A stretch of 64,000 bases of DNA from Lytechinus pictus (GCF_037042905.1 NC_087250.1:27468001-27532000), one strand, 5' to 3'. Shown: positions 13,101 through 25,382, counted from the first letter of the stretch. Notes: a model not told the origin generated them from the sequence alone. A program made the numbers and translations.

Positions 13101-16100
13101 AACCAAGTATCACTGAACATCTTGTGCGAGTTATAGTAGTTTTCAAAATCAGCACTGCTGCTATATTGAATCGCGTGATGCAGGTGAGACGGCCAGAGGC
13201 ATTCCACTTGTTATCTCAGCCATTGTTTTTATGATGAGCTATTTTAAAAGAAGTGATGTTTATTTCTGGCTGCTCTTAAACTATCATTACGTAATGAATA
13301 ATTCTGTAAAGTTCGAAATTGCCTTCTATTGAGTTGTAAAGCAGTTTTTTAACTGAATCGAATTACCCTCATTTTTTTTTACTGATCAATAAAACGTGAA
13401 ATAAGTAAATAATTACCTTTGTTTTGAAGTGAAATTATTGACATTAATTTATTTGGGATGGAAATAGTCCATTAAGATAATTTTTTAGCAATTCGTATGG
13501 TCAAATTTACATTTTGCTTTGATATATACAATATGAATTTATTCTGACCTGATTTGGCAGATGCTAATTATCATTTAATATTGTCATACAATTCAAATAC
13601 TGTTTCAAGGGAGAGGGCCTTCAGTACACAAGGTATTGATAGGCTGCACATTCAGACCCTTATTTACTGGAGTGAAGTGTTTGCACCACAGATGTGGGGC
13701 CAGTTTCATAAAGAGTTACAACTGCTGTAACTTTGCCATTATGGCAACTACCATGGTTACCTTGACTTTGATTGGCTGCTGAGCCATGTTATCATGGTAG
13801 TTGCCATTATGGTAAAGTTACTGCAGTTGTAACTCTTTATGAAACAGGCCCTAGCATTTAATCTTGTCTGATCCATTAAAAGTGAAAAAAGTGCCCTAGA
13901 TGCTGTAACGCAAATCTTTCAATTGAACTTGGACCGATTTTCATGCCTTATTGCATATATGTTGTGATCATTATAACAGCAATCAAGCCAGCAAATCTAT
14001 TGTATGGTAGGGGGTCCTAAAGCTACGCGGGTCCTAAAGCTACGCACCACTCCAATGCGCATGCAGTTTCAATTGCAAAATGCGCACTCTGTGTGTGTGG
14101 AGCTAGTGACTGCAGTGTGACGAACGATTCCTAATCAGTTTTGGTACAGAGGCTGCAATAAATCGCTAAATACAGAGAAAACCAGCGACTGTTTGGAATT
14201 TTGGAGTTATATTCACTTTGATTTCATATTTTCCTATAAGAATATGAACATTATTTAGAAGTTTAGAGACAGGAAATACTTTTTCTTTGCATGATAAATT
14301 GAGTGCGTAGCTTTAGGACCCCTCTATATCGGGCGGCGAAATCAAGAGGTGTTCGGAAAACACGGCGGGATTTTCGTATTAGTGAGTTTTGTGATATTTT
14401 CTTTTTGGTTATGAATCTTTACAATATTTAACACAAATTTGTGAAAGATGATTTGTTAGAATATTAAAATTGGCATAGTTTTTATCGTTTGTAAACAAAG
14501 TGCGTAGCTTTAGGTCCCCCCATCATATACTCTGCGCTATGCCATTTGCTCTGATGAGAATGGCTCTGCTCTAAATTCCACATACTAATCGATGGACCAT
14601 CTTCAACCCTGGGTTTAACACTATACCATATCCTAACATACATCCCATTGCAACCATAACCCTACATCTGAGATAAAATTAAGCCCAGAGCAATTGTTGC
14701 AGGAGTTGTGTCACTGCATAATCAAGCCATAAATATGATCATGATCATTTGACCAGCGATCAAGCTAGCAAATCTGAGCTCCATTGCATCAAAGTTTGTA
14801 GTGTTGTTGAAATAACATAAGAGCCAATGTAGACAACAGATATATGAGATTCAGTCTTGACTCTCTGAGTCCAGTTTAATGTCTGATTCAATGTTGTACA
14901 TTTAGGTGTGGCTTCACTCAAGCACGATAGTGCAATTCAATAGCTCAAATTAAACATGTAATATTACAATGTATGCAGTAAATAACCAGGTGGTGACCTG
15001 AATATCTTAACTGTTAATGCACAACATTACTTTGAATAAATTATAGTTGCATCAATAATTGTATACACAACATTGTTACCATCATGGTAACTTTACCTTC
15101 CAATGGTAAATTGCAGGTAATCCTTGATTTTGATTGGCTGTTGGTCGTTGTTACCATGGTAGTTACCATTGGATGACAAAGAAATCATAATACTTTTTAT
15201 GCAACGGGGCCCCAGTGTCTGATCAAAGGTTTGTGTGACAGTCCATTCCATCTAATTTCTTTTGTCTTTCCTCTATAGTTGGTTGACCTTCTAATGTCAT
15301 CCGAAGAGACTGATGATAATGATGTCATAATGGAGTTTTCAGCAGGAGTGGGAGGTCAAGAAGCTATGCTGTTTGCCTCTGATATGTTTGACATGTATCA
15401 ACGATATGCAGATTACAGACGTTGGTCCTTTACAATCCTCGAGTACTTTACCTCAGATATAGGTTAGTAAAAGTCGTATTGTTTGGAACTGGAAAAATGT
15501 TGATGAAACGCTCCCCTGTGATAAAGGAGTCTTTGTTATGTGTGAGTAGCATGATCATCATGGTATGTTATTTTGTTGACTCTGAGACGATAGCTCTTTT
15601 CTGTCCTTGATATTTTCCTCGGGTATCATATTGCAAAGCGTGTTCAGATCTTTTAAAACCAATTGACTGATTGCAAACAAAATCGGTAAATGGACTGACT
15701 AATCAAGACCAATGTTACTTGTGCATTTTGTTCAACATACTAACCAGGAACCAATCAGAAGTGTTCTTTTATATTTACAGGTACTTTTTTTTCTTTTGAT
15801 CCCCTTTCCTTTCTCTCTCCATATATCTCTTGATCCTGGCAATATGCAAGAATGTACGAATGTAGTCTTGGAAGTTTTCATTATACCTAAGATCAATGGT
15901 ATACAGTATACAGGATATGTTTAAACATTGTACCGTAAAGTGTAATTAATGAAATGTATACTTGTTTTTGTAGTTGTGTAATTCCCATTCATTTCAGTTT
16001 GTTAACTAATGTGGATAATTTAAATTAATACCATTTATCTACATGTATCGATCTATTCATCTATCAATGCCTGATCTTTTCAAATCAGTTTATCTGGATA

Positions 16101-19100
16101 AAGCAGTTTCTATTACCGAAGAGACCACCCTGTCTAAAAAAATAGATAAATCAGTTACTTCAATTTTTTTTCCTAGGTGGATTAAGGCATGCTACCGTTA
16201 GTATCACCGGTGATCAAGCTTATCGTCTTCTAAGACAGGAGGCTGGCGTCCATCGTGTTCAGAGGGTACCAAAGACAGAGAGACAAGGGCGTATACATAC
16301 AAGCACCATGTCAATAGCGGTACTTCCACAACCTAAAGAGGTATAAACCAAGGGCGTTTACATACTATTTCCATGTCTGTAGTGGTACTACCACAACATA
16401 AAGAGGTACAAAAACAAGGGCGTATATAAACAAGTACCATGTCAATAGCGGTACTACCACAACCCAAATAGGTATAAACCAAAGGCGTATACATACTAGT
16501 ACCATGTCAGTAGCGGTACTACCACAACCCAAAGAGGTATAAACCAAAGGCGTATACATACTAGTACCATGTCAGTAGCGGTAATACCACAACCTAAAGA
16601 GATATAAACCAAGGGCGTATACATACTAGTACCATGTCAATAGCGGTACTACCACAACCCAAAGAGGTATAAACCAAAGGCGTATAAATACTAGTACCAT
16701 GTCAATAGCGGTACTACCACAACCTAAAGAGATATAAACCAAGGGCGTATACATACTAGTACCATGTCAATAGCGGTACTACCACAACCCAAAGAGGTAT
16801 AAACCAAAGGCATATAAATACCAGTACCATGTCAATAACGGTACTACCACAACCCAAAGAGATATAAACCAAGGGCGTATACATACTAGTACCATGTCAA
16901 TAGCGGTACTACCACAACCCAAAGAGGTATAAACCAAAGGCATATAAATACCAGTACCATGTCAATAACGGTACTACCACAACCTAAAGAGATATAAACC
17001 AAGGGGGTATACATACTTGTACTATGTCAATAGCCGTACTACCACAACCCAAAGAGATATAAACCAAGGGCGTATACATACTAGTACCATGTCAATAACG
17101 GTACTACCACAACCTAAAGAGATATAAACAAAGGGCGTATACATACTAGTACCATGTCGATAGCGGTACTACCACAACCCAAAGAGGTATAAACCAAAGG
17201 CGTATACATACTAGTACCATGTCAATAGCGGTACTACCACAACCTAAAGAGATATAAACCAAAGGCGTATACATACTAGTACCATGTCAATAGCGGTACT
17301 ACCACAACCTAAAGAGATATAAACCAAGGGCGTATACATACTAGTACCATGTCTAAAGCGGTACTACCACAACCTAAAGAGGTATAAACCAAAGGCGTAT
17401 ACATACAAGCACCATGTCAATAGCGGTACTACCACAACCTAAAGAGGTATAAACCAAGGGGGTATACATACTTGTACTATGTCAATAGCGGTACTACCAC
17501 AACCCAAAGTGATATAAACCAAGGGGGTATACATACAAGCACCATGTCTATAGCGGTACTACCACAACCCAAAGAGATATAAACCAAAGGTGTATACATA
17601 CAAGCACCATGTCTATAGCGGTACTACCACAACCCAAAGAGGTATAAACCAAAGGCGTATACATACTAGTACCATGTCGATAGCGGTACTACCACAACCC
17701 AAAGAGGTATAAACCAAAGGCGTATACATACTAGTACCATGTCAATAGCGGTACTACCACAACCTAAAGAGATATAAACCAAAGGCGTATACATACTAGT
17801 ACCATGTCAATAGCGGTACTACCACAACCTAAAGAGATATAAACCAAGGGCGTATACATACTAGTACCATGTCTAAAGCGGTACTACCACAACCTAAAGA
17901 GGTATAAACCAAAGGCGTATACATACAAGCACCATGTCAATAGCGGTACTACCACAACCTAAAGAGGTATAAACCAAGGGGGTATACATACTTGTACTAT
18001 GTCAATAGCGGTACTACCACAACCCAAAGTGATATAAACCAAGGGGGTATACATACAAGCACCATGTCTATAGCGGTACTACCACAACCCAAAGAGATAT
18101 AAACCAAAGGTGTATACATACAAGCACCATGTCTATAGCGGTACTACCACAACCCAAAGAGGTATAAACCAAAGGCGTATACATACTAGTACCATGTCAA
18201 TAGCGGTACTACCACAACCCAAAGAGATATAAACCAAGGGCGTATACATACAAGCACCATGTCAATAGCGGTACTACCACAACCCAAAGAGATATAAACC
18301 AAAGGCGTATACATACAAGCACCATGTCTATAGCGGTACTACCACAACCCAAAGAGGTAAAAAACCAAGGGTGTATTTATACTAGTATTATATCTATAGC
18401 ATTACTGCCAAAATCTAAAGAGATGCAACCTAACAAGCACCATTTCTATAATGGTACTACCACAGCCTAAACAGGTGCAACTTTCCACAAACATAAAATA
18501 TTTGAGAATGTTGGTAAAATAGCTTCATAATGTTTTGAAAACTTTTTAGAACACTCTGAAATCATTTTGTGTTTGCTTAATACCCACCTCACTATTGTTT
18601 GTCTTATTGGTTAAAAGTTTTAGTTATCTTGCATTTCAATCTGTAGCAAGTAGGAAGTATTGTGACATCACTGTCATAGCATTAGTTTGCCTCTCCCCTT
18701 GTTAGCTACAGTATATACCTGTGCAGCTTAGAATACATGTAGTTATTGGCTAATTCTATGAAGTAAAAAATACCAGCCATGACTTGAAAATAAAAATAAA
18801 ACTCTAATACCTTGGTCACATTTGCTCTATGGCAGCCATACGGCAAGTAAAGAACAGCTTTTTAATCATTTTTTTTTACCAGCTACATAGGTGATGTGAA
18901 TAAAAATGAATAAAATGGCTGTTTTCGACTCGCCGTACGGCTGCCGTAGAGCAAATCTGACTGAGGTACTAGTATTAGTTTCATATTCCTGTTGCATGGC
19001 CTGAATACATAAAATGGATGTGTTTGGATTACTATAAATAATAAATTGTTCTAATTTCTGTTTTGGGCATAAAATTTTGTATTCCTTTCATTCTGAATTT

Positions 19101-22100
19101 TTACTCTTTTAACTTAGATTGATCTGAAACTGGACCCTAAAGATCTGAGGATTGAAACAAAGAAAGCTAGCGGAGCAGGAGGTCAGCATGTGAATACAAC
19201 GGACAGTGCTGTTAGAATTACCCATATACCAACAGGTATTATATATCTACTACAGACAGTGCTGTTAGAATCACTCATATACCAACATGTATTATATATC
19301 TACTACAGACAGTGCTGTTAGAATCACTCATATACCAACATGTATTATATATCTACTACAGACAGTGCTGTTAGAATCACTCATATACCAACAGGTATTA
19401 TATATCTACTACAGACAGGTATTATATATACATGTGGGGGTTTTCTGCCCCTAAGACTACGGTGCGTCCCCGAAAAAACTATACACTTTTGAAATAGCTG
19501 CCAAATAAAAAGTATATAACTTCGGGGGGAAAGACTTATATATATGGAAAGCCAATAAAGTCATCAAATGACATCAAAATGTTGGAAAACTATTCATGCT
19601 TGAGTAAGCACTACCCACTTAAACAGAGGGTATGAGAATTAGGGTGGGCAGGAATTAGCCTTTCGGTTTCTTTCAGTTTTTGAGAGGCGAGTCCCTTGGA
19701 ACTTGCAAACTTGAGGGTGTTGTGATGAATTAATGGTCATTCATTATCAATTTAAATTGTTAGAGCAAATTTCATGAATTATCAAATTGAAATTCCATGC
19801 ATGAGTGAGCGCGAATTGCAAATCTTTAGTGCAGCATTTTAACTTTACAATGTGGGTCTCAGCAGTGTGTTGATTGGAGTCAGGAGAATAGGGGTAAGAA
19901 GTGACTTCAGTGGGTGAAGTAAGCTGATGGACCTACAGGTCCGTCCCCCCCCCCTCCTGTTGAGAGTGAGACTGATTGCTATTACATGTACGCATTAAGT
20001 GCAGAGCGGACTGTCAATTTGATAATAAATTCTGAAAATTAGGTCATCAACTTTTACCTATCAATCATTTAATCAACAATCTGTTAGTAAATCAACTCAA
20101 TCAATGTGATCAATCAAATATTCATCTTTTTCAATAAATTATCATTCAAACATTCAGCTTTTTCAATAAATCTTTTCATTAATCATCATAATTAGTCAAA
20201 TTCTTAATAATCATTCAATGGAAAAGAAAGACCCATCAACCATAATTCACTTGGCATTTAAGTTTTAAATACCATCAAGGAGAGAGAAAGGGGGTGGAGG
20301 GCAGGCATGAGTACATGACATGTAATTTGTAAGAGAACACAAAGAAGAATGCCCCTTTAACCCAGTTTTACCATATCTCACCCCCTTGCATGTAACAGGT
20401 ACCATCACATTACTCTGACTCTCACAACCACACTTGCTAAGATCCACATAATAAACTAAAAATGCTACACTAAAATTACAATTCCTGTTTACTCATGCAT
20501 TACATTTCAATTTAGTAACTCATCAAATTTGCTTAAGAAACCAAAACTGATCTCAATTCATCAGTAATTTAGCATAACACCCTTAACTTTGCAAGTTTCA
20601 AAGAACTCACCTCTAAAAAAAAGTGGAAGGCTAATTCCTGCTCACCCTAGCAAATGCTAGCCTCTTAGGAGGGGTGAAAGGGGTAGAGAGGGGGGGGGGG
20701 GGGTTAAGTGTTCTGTTGACCCATATCCCGTCAACCTACTTCCCCCACCTAAGACCCATCCCTATTCTGACTTCCATGAACACATTGCTGAGATCCACTT
20801 GAAAAAGTGAAAAATTGTATTTCATGTTCACTCATGCATTAAATTTCAATTTAATAATTCTTGAAATTTGCTCTCAAAAGTAAAAACCTAAACTGATAAT
20901 GCTTGATCATTGATTTATCAAAACACCCTCAACACTGCAGCACGTTTGGTCACCCTATCCAAAAAACATGTTCATATCACACCCATTCTGAAATCTCTAC
21001 ATTGGTTAAAGGTCAACGATCGCATCATCTTCAAAATCCTTCTCCTTGTATTCCATGCAATTAACGGCTCTGCTCCACAGTACAATATTAATCTAATCAA
21101 CAAATACACTCCTGTCAGGTCCCTACATTCATCCAACTCTGGTTCCCTAGTTATTCCCAAATCCGTTAAGACATGGGGGTTCAAGCTTTTGCTCATGCTG
21201 GCCCTGTTCTCTGGAATGATCTTCCCCTGGATATCCGAGAATGCACTTCTATCGACACATTTAAACGTTACCTTAAGACTCGTCTATTCAATGATTCTTA
21301 CTCTTAATTGTTCCTGAATCTATTACTATTATATTTGTACTTTTTCTCTTTCTTTCTTTCACTGCGCCTTGTGCACTCTGCCGAGTGGATTCGGCGCATT
21401 ACAAATCACATATATTATTATTATTATAAAAGAAAGGTCTGATGAAACACATGACCACCATCCCATGTTATCAATATTTTTTTAACGATACAGTCCTTTA
21501 TATCAAACGTTAGAAGTTATCTTTATGAATCTTGAATATTTGGTGCATTATACATTATTTTGTCTGGGGTTTGTCAGGTTTGCTTTTATTTTGTTCAATG
21601 CTATGTTAATTATTGTTTTGCATCTTATGTCTTGTTTTAATTTTCAATCTTACTTCTTTTTAAGTTATTTTTTTTTAGGATCAAATGGAAGGACAGGTAT
21701 ATTTTGTAAATATCACTGAAATGGGCTACCCTTCATTGAAAAAATTGTTTTGATTTTCACTTATTTTATTTGTGATTTTAATATGGAAAGTAAAAAAACC
21801 AAACAAACAATCAAAAACTAGGTGAGAGAAGTAGATGTGAACAATTGAGCATATAAGCAATCAAATTCAAGTTGCAGCATCTTCAACAAGTCTTTGACAA
21901 AAGATATATATTTTACTTCTTTCTTATGCCTATTTAGTTCAATTTTGTTTTGATCTTGAATAAGGTATCTCGGCTGAAAGTCAACAAGAGCGTTCCCAAC
22001 ACAAGAATCGTTCGATTGCCATGACGATGCTACAGACTCGAATCTACAACCGGATCCTTGAAGACCAGACCAACTCTGAAAGATCGATGCGTCGTTCACA

Positions 22101-22326
22101 GGTGGGCACAAGAGGGCGCTCTGAAAAGATTCGTACTTATAATTACCAGCAAGATAGGATCACGGACCATCGGATCAGTCGTAGTATCCATGGAGTAATG
22201 GAGTATCTACTAGGATCTGAACACTTAGATGAAATGATGGTTAGTTGTATGGAAGGCGAGGAGTGTCAGAATATACAAGAAAGAATCCTAGAAGTTTATG
22301 ATATGAGCAAAGAGAACTCAAGATAG
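9586..22326 (+). CDS. MTRF1L: Mitochondrial peptide chain release factor 1-like; coding exons 9586-10173, 10928-11063, 12149-12231, 15279-15462, 16177-16340, 19118-19235, 21965-22326 (~544 aa if the first ATG is used)
   Basis: All six introns are GT-AG and phases join in frame; motifs [20 protein letters not shown] (PxT), [55 protein letters not shown]. Start codon uncertain. Confidence 0.93.
10689..10875 (+). mobile_element. 5'-truncated tRNA-derived SINE-like fragment
   Basis: B-box-like GTTCAATCCCC, ends AATAAA + (ATT)n-like tail. Confidence 0.4.
10928..11063 (+). CDS. MTRF1L: MTRF1L coding exon 2
   Basis: Polypyrimidine tract + [33 protein letters not shown]. Confidence 0.85.
12149..12231 (+). 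CDS. MTRF1L: MTRF1L coding exon 3
   Basis: [37 protein letters not shown]; supplies the required phase 1 to 0 change. Confidence 0.85.
12261..13212 (+). mobile_element. Non-autonomous Helentron-like (HINE) element with ~5 internal 162-192 bp tandem repeats
   Basis: T-rich ends, asymmetric subterminal IRs GTCTCACCTGCA / TGCAGGTGAGAC, GC microsatellite near the 5' end; near-identical copy at 23113-24079. Confidence 0.75.
13696..13851. mobile_element. Short palindromic MITE (Harbinger-like GGGCC ends); relatives near 10237, 15070-15213, 27333
   Basis: GGGCCAGTTTCATAAAGAGTTACAAC / GTTGTAACTCTTTATGAAACAGGCCC. Confidence 0.6.
14004..14526. mobile_element. MITE with repeated GGTCCTAAAGCTACGC terminal motifs
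   Basis: Motif occurs twice at left and inverted at ~14303 and ~14500; TA flanks. Confidence 0.55.
15279..15462 (+). CDS. MTRF1L: MTRF1L coding exon 4
   Basis: [27 protein letters not shown]. Confidence 0.92.
16177..16340 (+). CDS. MTRF1L: MTRF1L coding exon 5 (PKT motif)
   Basis: [40 protein letters not shown]|gtataa. Confidence 0.93.
16284..18480 (+). repeat. 65-bp tandem array (~34 units) derived from the last 57 nt of MTRF1L exon 5 plus the first 8 nt of the intron
   Basis: Unit CAAGGGCGTATACATACAAGCACCATGTCAATAGCGGTACTTCCACAACCTAAAGAG|GTATAAAC; the first unit is the exon itself. Confidence 0.97.
18809..18967. mobile_element. Short palindromic MITE
   Basis: CCTTGGTCACATTTGCTCTATGGCAGCC / GGCTGCCGTAGAGCAAATCTGACTGAGG. 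Confidence 0.55.
19118..19235 (+). CDS. MTRF1L: MTRF1L coding exon 6 (GGQ motif)
   Basis: [39 protein letters not shown]. Confidence 0.93.
19196..19430 (+). repeat. 53-bp tandem array (4 units + partial) derived from the 3' end of MTRF1L exon 6 plus donor site
   Basis: GACAGTGCTGTTAGAAT at 19202, 19255, 19308, 19361. Confidence 0.95.
19460..20900. mobile_element. Tc1/mariner-like non-autonomous element with internal inverted blocks; same family at 63711-64000
   Basis: TA|CGGTGCGTCCC..AAAAAACTATACACTTTTGAA left end matches TA|CAGTGCGTCTC.. at 63711; right end not clear. Confidence 0.55.
20925..21427 (+). mobile_element. 3' fragment of an L2/CR1-group LINE
   Basis: [40 protein letters not shown], typical ORF2 C-terminus; 3' stem-loop and (TAT)n tail. 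Confidence 0.85.
21965..22326 (+). CDS. MTRF1L: MTRF1L last coding exon
   Basis: [40 protein letters not shown]. Confidence 0.9.
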
Positions 22327-22425
22327 GATCACGGACCATCAGATCACTCATAGTATCAATGGAGTATCTACTAGGATCTGAACTCATAGGTGAGATGATG
22401 GTTAGTTGTATGGAAGGCGAGGAGT
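22150..22425 (+). repeat. Partial tandem duplication (169-bp period) of the MTRF1L last exon, spanning the stop codon
   Basis: CAAGATAGGATCACGGACCATC..GTTAGTTGTATGGAAGGCGAGGAGT at 22150 and 22319. Confidence 0.92.
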
Positions 22426-23081
22426 TGGAAGGGGGAGGGGTCACTGTTACTAGCAGGTAGACCTAATGGTCGTATACAGACTTCCCCAGAATTTCTCTAT
22501 TGATTTGCCCATCTTACAGTACCCTAAACAAATCCCTAAACTAAATGATGTCTCAAATGTTGTATTGTAATGAAAATGTGAAGCTTATACCCTTTCCATG
22601 AAATTTTATACCCTTTTTACTGGATGTGCTGATATTGCCTGGCCGTTGAAAACAAGACATTTTACTTGTTATTTTAAATGTGCATTGTGGGCAACTTACT
22701 TTTTGTAGTTGTCCTATATTGAACAAATTTACTTGAAATTAAAGCATCTTCAAAATGAATATTCTCTGTAGTTTTTCTTTGATTCCTTGTTTTATACATT
22801 ATTTTCATCTATTTCGTCTCAAACATTATTATAATCACAAAATTATTAGATCGATTTTAGAATCAATTATTCTTTTTATTTGTACATGAAATTTCTAGAA
22901 ATTTTCTTGCGGTACAAAAGAATTGGTCTCTTATGATTTGAAAGAAGGAATTAAAAAAAGAAACCAAACAGATTGTGCGCCAAATGAATCCAGTTGAAAC
23001 CTGTTTATCATCATTAACCTTCTGTCAGGGAAAAAATTTAATAGATTTAATTCCTTTGATTAGACATATGTTCTGACTTAG

Positions 23082-24750
23082 CCCTAATAAGACTAGGGGG
23101 CCCTCCTTGACATTTTTGTCTCACCTGCATAGCAGAGTGAGACTATAGGCGCCGCTTTTCCGACGGCGACGGCGGCGGCGGCGACGGCGGCGTCAACACC
23201 AAATCTTAACCTGAGGTTAAGTTTTTGAAATGACAGCATAACTTAGAAAGTATATGGACCTAGTTCATGAAACTTGGCCATAAGGTTAATCAAGTATTAC
23301 TGAACATCCTGCCTGAGTTTCATGTCACATGACCAAGGTCAAAGGTCATTTAGGGTCAATGAACTTAGACCATGTTGGGGGAATCAACATCAAAATCTTA
23401 ACCTCAGGTTAAGTTTTTGAAATTTCATCATAACTTAGAAAATATATGGACCTAGTTCATGAAACTTATACATAAGGTTAATCAAGTATCACTGAACATC
23501 CTGCTCGAGTTTCACATCACATGACCAAGGTCAAAGGTCATTTAGGGTCAATGAACTTTGGCCGAATTGGGGGTATCTGTTGAATTACCATCATAACTTT
23601 GAAAGTTTATGGATCTGATTCATGAAACTTGGACATAATAGTAATCAAGTATTACTGAACATCCTGTGCAAGTTTCAGGTCACATGATCAAGGTCAAAGG
23701 TCATTTAGGGTCAATGAACTTTGGCCAAATTGGGGTATTTGTTGAATTACAGCCATAAATTTGAAAGTGTGTTGGTCTAGTTCATAAAACTTGGACATAA
23801 TAGTAATCAAGTATTACTGAACATCCTGTGCGAGTTTCAGGTCACATGATCAAGGTCAAAGGTCATGTAAGGTCAAAGAACTTTGGCCACGTTGGGGGTA
23901 TTTGTTGAATTGCCATCATATCTCTATAAGTGTATTGGTCTAGTTCATAAAACGTGGAAATAAGAGTAACCAAGTATCACTGAACATCTTGTGCGAGTTA
24001 TAGTAGTTTTCAAAATCAGCACTGCTGCTATATTGAATCGCGTGATGCAGGTGAGACGGCCAGAGGCATTCCACTTGTTGGGATAAATCTGCCGCACAAA
24101 TTTTTTTGACCGCGTCGTTCGCTGAATTTTTTACTTTCAAGTCTCGCGCAACTTTTGACACCAAAATTGCAACCCCCGGGTACGTGGTTCCAAAATTAGG
24201 CAACATTTTGTAAGTGCATGCAGACACAAAATTTCTCGAAAACATGAATTTGTGTACAAATCCAATGGAAATAGTATTTTGAGCCAAAATTCATGAATGT
24301 ATCATTATTTTTCCTTTTACTGCTTAAAATCAATTAATTTCATCTTGTCTATGGTAACAATAAAAAACTAAAAGTCGAAAAACAAAGAAATACATAAGAA
24401 ATTTAGAATACAATAAAACATATACGAAATAAATGTGATGTTGATTTTTTTGCAATAAATTTGATCAGATTCCTATAAAGAGTCTGTGAAACAATATTTA
24501 GCATTTTAGGGTCAGTATTTAGTTAATTAGAGCAAACAGTTGATTTTACGCATAAATTAGCCTAATTATTTAGCAATGAGATTTTTCTCAGAATTTGATC
24601 TCATAGTTTTATAGATTATGCCATGGGTAACGCGCGTGCCAATTTTCGTTGCGATAGCGTGATTGACGGCCGAGATCATAAGGGGGGCTGAATCAGCCCC
24701 CCCCCCCCCCCAGTCTTCTTAGTCGTCGAAATGGCCCAGTCTTTTTAGGG
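23082..24750. mobile_element. piggyBac-like MITE carrying a nested HINE
   Basis: TTAG|CCCTAATAAGACTAGG ... CCCAGTCTTTTTAGGG|TTAA. Confidence 0.7.
23113..24079 (+). mobile_element. Second copy of the Helentron-like (HINE) element
   Basis: Near-identical to 12261-13212 with a longer GGC microsatellite. Confidence 0.75.
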
Positions 24751-25382
24751 TTAAAGATAGTTCATGTGTTGGAAATATTTCGACCCCGGTTATGGTTTGT
24801 ACATTTGTGTTAGGAATATTAATTAAATCCCAGTCAGGTTGATGCCATATTTTATACAAGTGTTGGAAATATCAGTCTTTAATGCACAGGAAGTTCTCTT
24901 TTGTAACAGGAATATTTTACTTCATATGCTTTATGCACTCATCTATTCTTAACATTTTTATGAGTGCTTTCCTAGTTACGATAGGGTATAATAGGCAGTT
25001 GATTTGAGTTTATCAGGGAGATAAGAACCACCTAAAGCTAATACAGACCATAGATCTCCGTTTAGGCAGTAAATGTTATCTGAGGGAGTCCACGTCGGTG
25101 ACGAGACTACGAGCCCAGCTGCCGCCCGGTTCTCCATCGACATGCTATTCATGTCAATATCCGGGGCTCGATCTCATCCGTAATCGTCAAAGTCCTATCT
25201 GAGGGGCATCGCCATCTGCAGAGCCCAGGGGACCGACTACCGGGGGCCAAGTGGAGCAACGCAGACGGACAATGATTCTTCTTTATTCTGCCTAAGTTAA
25301 GTTATATTTATTTGTGATCATTTCCATATCCATATATATCATGAATGTTTATTTTCTGAAACAAACCGAAATCAGAGAAATG

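Noticed and set aside
16284..18480. Cassette of mutually exclusive exons or CRISPR array
   Set aside because: Units lack polypyrimidine/acceptor sites and spacers; 65 bp is not a multiple of 3 and GT-type units read into a TAA stop.
25080..25270. GC-rich island as exon or ncRNA
   Set aside because: No convincing ORF, splice pair or known RNA motif identified.
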